A stretch of DNA of 64,000 nucleotides from positions 544,001 through 608,000 of the forward strand of contig OY970176.1 in the NCBI GenBank assembly GCA_963707955.1. Direction: 5' to 3'. Source of the stretch: Candidatus Bathyarchaeota archaeon. Its GTDB lineage: Archaea; Thermoproteota; Bathyarchaeia; Bathyarchaeales; Bathycorpusculaceae. The notes below the pieces were generated by a model. The model saw nothing but the letters and a program-made list of their open reading frames with translations, was not told the DNA's origin and searched no databases. Every line of letters starts with the position of its first letter. The stretch's first letter is position 1. The translations under genes were made by a program, and so were the position numbers. Positions 59,429 to 64,000 of the stretch are shown here, one piece after another.

Positions 59429-60253
59429 TTAGGTTTCCTTGAAAAACTCGGCCAACTTCTTTGTCTCAGCTCGGGAAAGTACCTCGGCGCATTTTCTTGG
59501 ATCCAAGTGCCTAAACTCCAGGCCAAGAGTCGTGAGGATCCTTTGAACGTCTTTTGCGATGCTTGGTGCTACGAGTATTCCTCGCACGGCACGGTCTGCC
59601 CTCGTTCTTATCGCTTCAATGTATCTTGCAAGTTGTACAGCTGCGGCTTTCCCAGCTGTTTTGCGCTTGATTTCCACGACAACAAGCTTTCCGTCCTTGT
59701 CCATGCCATAAACATCCACGAAGCCTGGTTCAACCTTCTTTTCATATGTTATAGGTCTGAAGCCTTCCTCTAGCAGGTCAGGTCTGAGCAAAATGGCCTT
59801 TTGCATGTCCTCTTCACTTGCGTAGAGCGAAAACTCTCCCGAATCGGCCAAAGCAAGCGAGGCAACGAGCTGAATCGCGTCAAAGAAGACCATAACTGTC
59901 TCAACAGGTTTCTGCCTCAAGGCACGAATCTCCAAGATCTTGCCCTTGACGTGTACGTTGAAGACCACATCCCCACCAGGCATCCAGTTAACCGGTTCAT
60001 AACCTGCCGAACGATGAACAAGAAGCGAACCGTCTGCCTTCACGATCAGGATGCGTTCTCCCGGGCCGAGCTTAGACTTTGCCCTACCAAGATAGTGCAC
60101 CCAGCATCTGCCGATGACAAGCAGGGTGTTGTTACGTGACACGGCCTCCTTGACTAAGTTTTCGGCCTCTTCAACGCTGGGATCAACCAGCACCGTCGGA
60201 AGCTTTGAACCTGGCATTTTATCCTCGCCAATAGCTTTAGAAGACATGTGCAC
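59429..60253 (-). CDS. nucS: Mismatch endonuclease NucS/EndoMS
   Basis: YLGRAKS, KADGSLLVH, PVNW and VD...VVEIKR...QLARY motifs. Confidence 0.94.
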   Translation of the reverse strand: MHMSSKAIGEDKMPGSKLPTVLVDPSVEEAENLVKEAVSRNNTLLVIGRCWVHYLGRAKSKLGPGERILIVKADGSLLVHRSAGYEPVNWMPGGDVVFNVHVKGKILEIRALRQKPVETVMVFFDAIQLVASLALADSGEFSLYASEEDMQKAILLRPDLLEEGFRPITYEKKVEPGFVDVYGMDKDGKLVVVEIKRKTAGKAAAVQLARYIEAIRTRADRAVRGILVAPSIAKDVQRILTTLGLEFRHLDPRKCAEVLSRAETKKLAEFFKET

Positions 60254-60277
60254 TCATAAAATTTCTGAAGGCCTTGA

Positions 60278-60874
60278 ATGAGCGGTTGGCAGAAGAAACG
60301 TAGAGTCATGATTTGCTACGATACGACGGCAAGCATTTACGACAGGCGCTACGCTGGGGAGCAAGCAGCTAAGGTTGAAGCCGCATTGAAAAACGTGAGA
60401 ATCGAAAAAGAAGGGCTGATTTTGGACGTTGGCTGTGGAACCGGCATCCTCTTTGACCATGTCGCTGATAAGGCAGATGGGATTGTCGGCCTTGACTTTT
60501 CCAAGAAATGTCTTTTCCAAGCGAAGGAGCGTATACGCAATAAGAGCCTGCAAGACGTGCAGCTGATCCAAGCAGATGCAGACAACATGCCCTTTCACAA
60601 CGAAGTCTTCAACACGGTTTTTGCCATGACAATCCTGCAAAACACGCCTAGCCCCACCGAGACATTGGCGGAAATCAAACGCATCTCAAGAAATGACGTC
60701 CTTTTTGTGGTTTCTGGTTTAAAGAAAATCTTCACCAAGGAGAGTTTTGAATGGCTGTTGAAAAATTCTCAGTTACGCACTTTCATGCTTGATGATGATA
60801 AACTGAAGTGCTACGTTGCTGTTTGCACCAATCAGCCCATCGTTGGCCTTTCTGCGAACCAAAAAAAGATTTGA
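60278..60874 (+). CDS. Class I SAM-dependent methyltransferase
   Basis: LDVGCGTG and ADADNMPF motifs. Confidence 0.9.
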   Translation: MSGWQKKRRVMICYDTTASIYDRRYAGEQAAKVEAALKNVRIEKEGLILDVGCGTGILFDHVADKADGIVGLDFSKKCLFQAKERIRNKSLQDVQLIQADADNMPFHNEVFNTVFAMTILQNTPSPTETLAEIKRISRNDVLFVVSGLKKIFTKESFEWLLKNSQLRTFMLDDDKLKCYVAVCTNQPIVGLSANQKKI

Positions 60875-61072
60875 AAGGTCGCAGTGAGGGGGCGCTAATG
60901 AATTAGAATTGTAAGTTTTTCCAAAGAAGGGGTAATTGTGCTGGAGAAGTGGAGACTTCCACGAACAGGGCAAATAGCTTTTTTTGATTACTGTGAAAAT
61001 GAGCGTGGCGACATGATCGAGCTCATATGTCTTATATAGTCACTAATCAGTGTTTTAGAACAAGGCGCCTTC

Positions 61073-62188
61073 ATGAGGATCCGTGAGGCCATTACAAGAC
61101 ACAGATCGTTGGTGGAGATATGCAGCTTCTTCACTTCCACAAGGTTGCTAGTTCTTCTCATTGGCTGGCTGTCAAGTCTCGTAATTCTAAAATCAGAATA
61201 TTACGGCAATCCTCAATCCATAGTTGACCTGTTTGTCAGATGGGACTCAGGATGGTTTCTCTCAATAATCCAAAATGGCTACTCTTATGTGCCAGGAAAA
61301 CCGTCAAACGTGGCGTTCTTCCCTCTTTATCCCTCGCTCGTGAAGATTTTTTCATTTGGCTTTGCAGATGTAAGGATAACAGGAATCGTTCTGTCTAATG
61401 TTGCTCTACTCTTAGCGATGATCTACTTGTTCAGACTAGTCAAACTAGACTACCAAAATACGAAGATACCTTTGAATTCAGTTATCTTTGCCCTGATATT
61501 TCCGGCTTCTTTCTTCTTTTCGATATTTTACTCTGAAAGTCTTTTCCTTTTTCTAACCGTTGCGTGCTTCTACTATGCCAGAAAAAATCGTTGGTTCCTT
61601 TCATCACTGTTCGGATTTTTTGCTGCGTTAACGAGAGCGTTAGGGGTTTTCATATTCATACCCATCTTGATCGAATACTTGGCCCCAACTTCTATCAAGG
61701 ACCTCAAATTCAGCAAGATCAAGAAAGATATACTTTGCTTGCTGTTGATTCCCGCGGGCTTGCTCACCTACATGACCTACCTGTACATCAGATTTAATGA
61801 ACCTCTGGCGTTTCTGAAAGCAGAAACCGAATGGAGCAGAGGATTTGCACCAGGAATTTTGACATTAAAAAGCCTTCTTTCTTACGATCCCTTTTACAAA
61901 TTCACCTTTCTGGGTTTTGTGGTATTGTCAATTTTGATGCTAGCCTACCTGATCTATTCCAAGGTTAGAATAAGCTACATAGTGTACACTGCTGTCCAAT
62001 TGTTCCTCATCCTTTCTTCGAGTCTACTGGAGAGTCTGCCAAGGTACGTCAGCGTTTTGTTTCCAATATACATCGGTTTTGCCATAATGGCGAGAAACAG
62101 ATTCTGGGAAGACACTCTCAAATTCTTCTCCGTCTGTCTGTTGACGCTGTTTGTGATCTTGTTTGTGAACGGTTACTGGTTCACTTGA
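61073..62188 (+). CDS. GT-C mannosyltransferase (PIG-V-like)
   Basis: RWDSGWF, AFFPLYP and YSESLF motifs. Confidence 0.88.
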   Translation: MRIREAITRHRSLVEICSFFTSTRLLVLLIGWLSSLVILKSEYYGNPQSIVDLFVRWDSGWFLSIIQNGYSYVPGKPSNVAFFPLYPSLVKIFSFGFADVRITGIVLSNVALLLAMIYLFRLVKLDYQNTKIPLNSVIFALIFPASFFFSIFYSESLFLFLTVACFYYARKNRWFLSSLFGFFAALTRALGVFIFIPILIEYLAPTSIKDLKFSKIKKDILCLLLIPAGLLTYMTYLYIRFNEPLAFLKAETEWSRGFAPGILTLKSLLSYDPFYKFTFLGFVVLSILMLAYLIYSKVRISYIVYTAVQLFLILSSSLLESLPRYVSVLFPIYIGFAIMARNRFWEDTLKFFSVCLLTLFVILFVNGYWFT

Positions 62189-62277
62189 ACACGCTACCTC
62201 CACTTCAGACTTGTATAAACGTCTCAGTACTTTGCAGAGAAGCAGGGGTTTATTGGTTTTTCTAAGGTCTTTGCTTC

Positions 62278-63009
62278 TCAGTTTCCTCGGTTTCGAGAGT
62301 CTCCGTTCACCATCTGTGCGCAGAGCTTCAGAAAGCCTTTCCCATGAATGTAGATGTCTTTCGTCAGTCTCTTCAACGGTGTTCTGGTTCCGCGCCTTTC
62401 TATCCATTCAACTGGAAACTCAGCCAATTTGTAACCCTCATGCACGCTTCGTACCATGATTTCGGTGTCCCAAAACCAATCTGCGCTACTGCAACGGCTC
62501 AAAAGGTCTCCTACGACCCTGCTTGAAAACGCCTTAAACCCCAGTTGGTGATCGTGCACGTGTGTTCTGAAGACTGCTCGAATCAGCAAATTGTACATTT
62601 TTGACACGAGACCTCGCAGTGCAGGGCGCTGCACGATGGCCCCACTCATGTACCTCGAGCCAGTGGCGAGGTCATAACCATTTCTTATTGCCCCAATCAG
62701 CTGCGGATAATATTTCATGTCGGTGGCCAAATCACAGTCGACAAAGGCGTAGATATCTCCGTTAACCTTTTTCCAAGCGTTCTTAAGAGCCAAACCTCTC
62801 CCCAATTTCCTGTCCGCGTGAATGTGAGTGATGCGTGGGTTGTTCCTTGCCAAGCGCTCGGCAATCTCGTCAGATCCGTCAGTGCTTCCATCTTCAGCTA
62901 TGACTATGCAGTAATCGTCGCCTAGAGCAATGGTTTCCTGCAACAGTGTTCTCACGGCCCTTTCAAGGAACTTTGCCTCGTTGTGGGCAGGAATCGTTGC
63001 AACTATCAA
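62278..63009 (-). CDS. GT2 dolichyl-phosphate glycosyltransferase
   Basis: IPAHNE, EDGSTD, DCD, D.QLGFK and WFWDTE motifs. Confidence 0.9.
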   Translation of the reverse strand: MIVATIPAHNEAKFLERAVRTLLQETIALGDDYCIVIAEDGSTDGSDEIAERLARNNPRITHIHADRKLGRGLALKNAWKKVNGDIYAFVDCDLATDMKYYPQLIGAIRNGYDLATGSRYMSGAIVQRPALRGLVSKMYNLLIRAVFRTHVHDHQLGFKAFSSRVVGDLLSRCSSADWFWDTEIMVRSVHEGYKLAEFPVEWIERRGTRTPLKRLTKDIYIHGKGFLKLCAQMVNGDSRNRGN

Positions 63010-63426
63010 TTAGCCGCACCTGCAGGCCAGGTAGAGCACGCAACCTCAAGTGTCATCGCTGCTACGAAGACTCTCAAGCTGCAAAACGGGTACAAATGGG
63101 GAATTTCGATGCTGGCCATGCTTGTCTTGTATTGGCGGCTGATCTAATAAATCGAATGTAAGCGTTTCAATTATGAGAAAGCCAAATGGACAGTTCCAAT
63201 AGTACCCAAATCAGGGTCAGCACTTTCAGTCACTGCAGAAAATACGCTTTTTTGAAGCACGTAGCAATAGGTACTCTCAAGTGTGCGCGCGCTATTTAGA
63301 GTAAAAGACGGCATGTTAAACCTGCGAAACTAGGCACTTTCAAATCAAACTAAGTGAATTTGGAGACAGAGTCGAGTATTCCAAAAAGCTTAATAATCCA
63401 ACTACTTTCCTCGATGGTTAATCGAG

Positions 63427-63823
63427 GTGTTGAAATTGGTATCTGAGAAAGTGATGCGGTTTCAAGGGAAGAATAAGGATCTTAATCAGCTATCGCAGCA
63501 GATTGTTCAGCAACTGACGAGTGAAGGATACAAAACGCAGGCAACCACTGCACCTTTGGGACAAGTTATTCAAGCTAAGAAGGCTGGGATTTTGCGGGAC
63601 ATCATCACTGCGGATAGGGCGTTCAGCATTCTGGTAACGGGGCAGCCGAACGACTTTGCAATCCACATTGGCGTAGGCAAGTGGATTCAGAACATTGCAG
63701 TAGCAGCGGTCTGAGGCAATCCTTCTAACTTGGCTGTTCCTCGCCGTGGACGTCCCAGAAATGCTCTGGACTCAACACGTTGAGAAGGGAATCGCCAAAG
63801 AAATAACGCAGATCGTAGGCTAA
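63427..63823 (+). CDS. Hypothetical protein (frameshift near 63711)
   Basis: Removing one base continues the frame as AVEAILLTWLFLAVDVPEMLW... to TAA at 63821. Confidence 0.65.
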
Positions 63824-64000
63824 CCTAGAAGGTCAACACGCTTTTTCAACTCCCTTTTTTCCTCAAGAATTAAAATTAATATCTTTCTGACGTATTCGTG
63901 CTTGAGGACTTGAGGATGAGGTGAATTTGTGTACACACTTCTCAAGGCGCGCACGCGCCAATGTGAAATTTCTATTTATTCCTTTCCCTAATTTCGTCAC

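Overview
Archaeal chromosomal window. The gene set and style (rpl14e-cbf5, NucS, Nre, intron-containing tRNAs) suggest Bathyarchaeia or a related TACK lineage; this is an inference. The right half (34.7-64 kb) is mostly housekeeping: purA, rpl14e, cbf5 split by a 22-nt BHB intron, htpX, mdh, ppa, nucS, and tRNA-Ser and tRNA-Asp, each with an intron. The left half has two integrated mobile elements. Element I (~5.8 kb, 6581-12398) is a rolling-circle element with an HUH Rep. Its split integrase gene encodes, on the antisense strand, the 5' half of tRNA-Pro(GGG) with its own D-loop intron and a TATA-like box. It sits against a relic integrase carrying the same tRNA half with a different intron, so excision or integration would swap tRNA introns. 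Element II (~10.5 kb, 24012-34491) has att cores that become palindromic on recombination. It encodes an integrase, a primase-SF3 helicase and a terminase large subunit, with no recognisable capsid or portal, so it may be a satellite or a defective provirus. It also holds a candidate structured RNA and an iteron-rich origin-like region. A dispersed (GC)n palindrome brackets many accessory single genes. Several frameshifts look like assembly errors.
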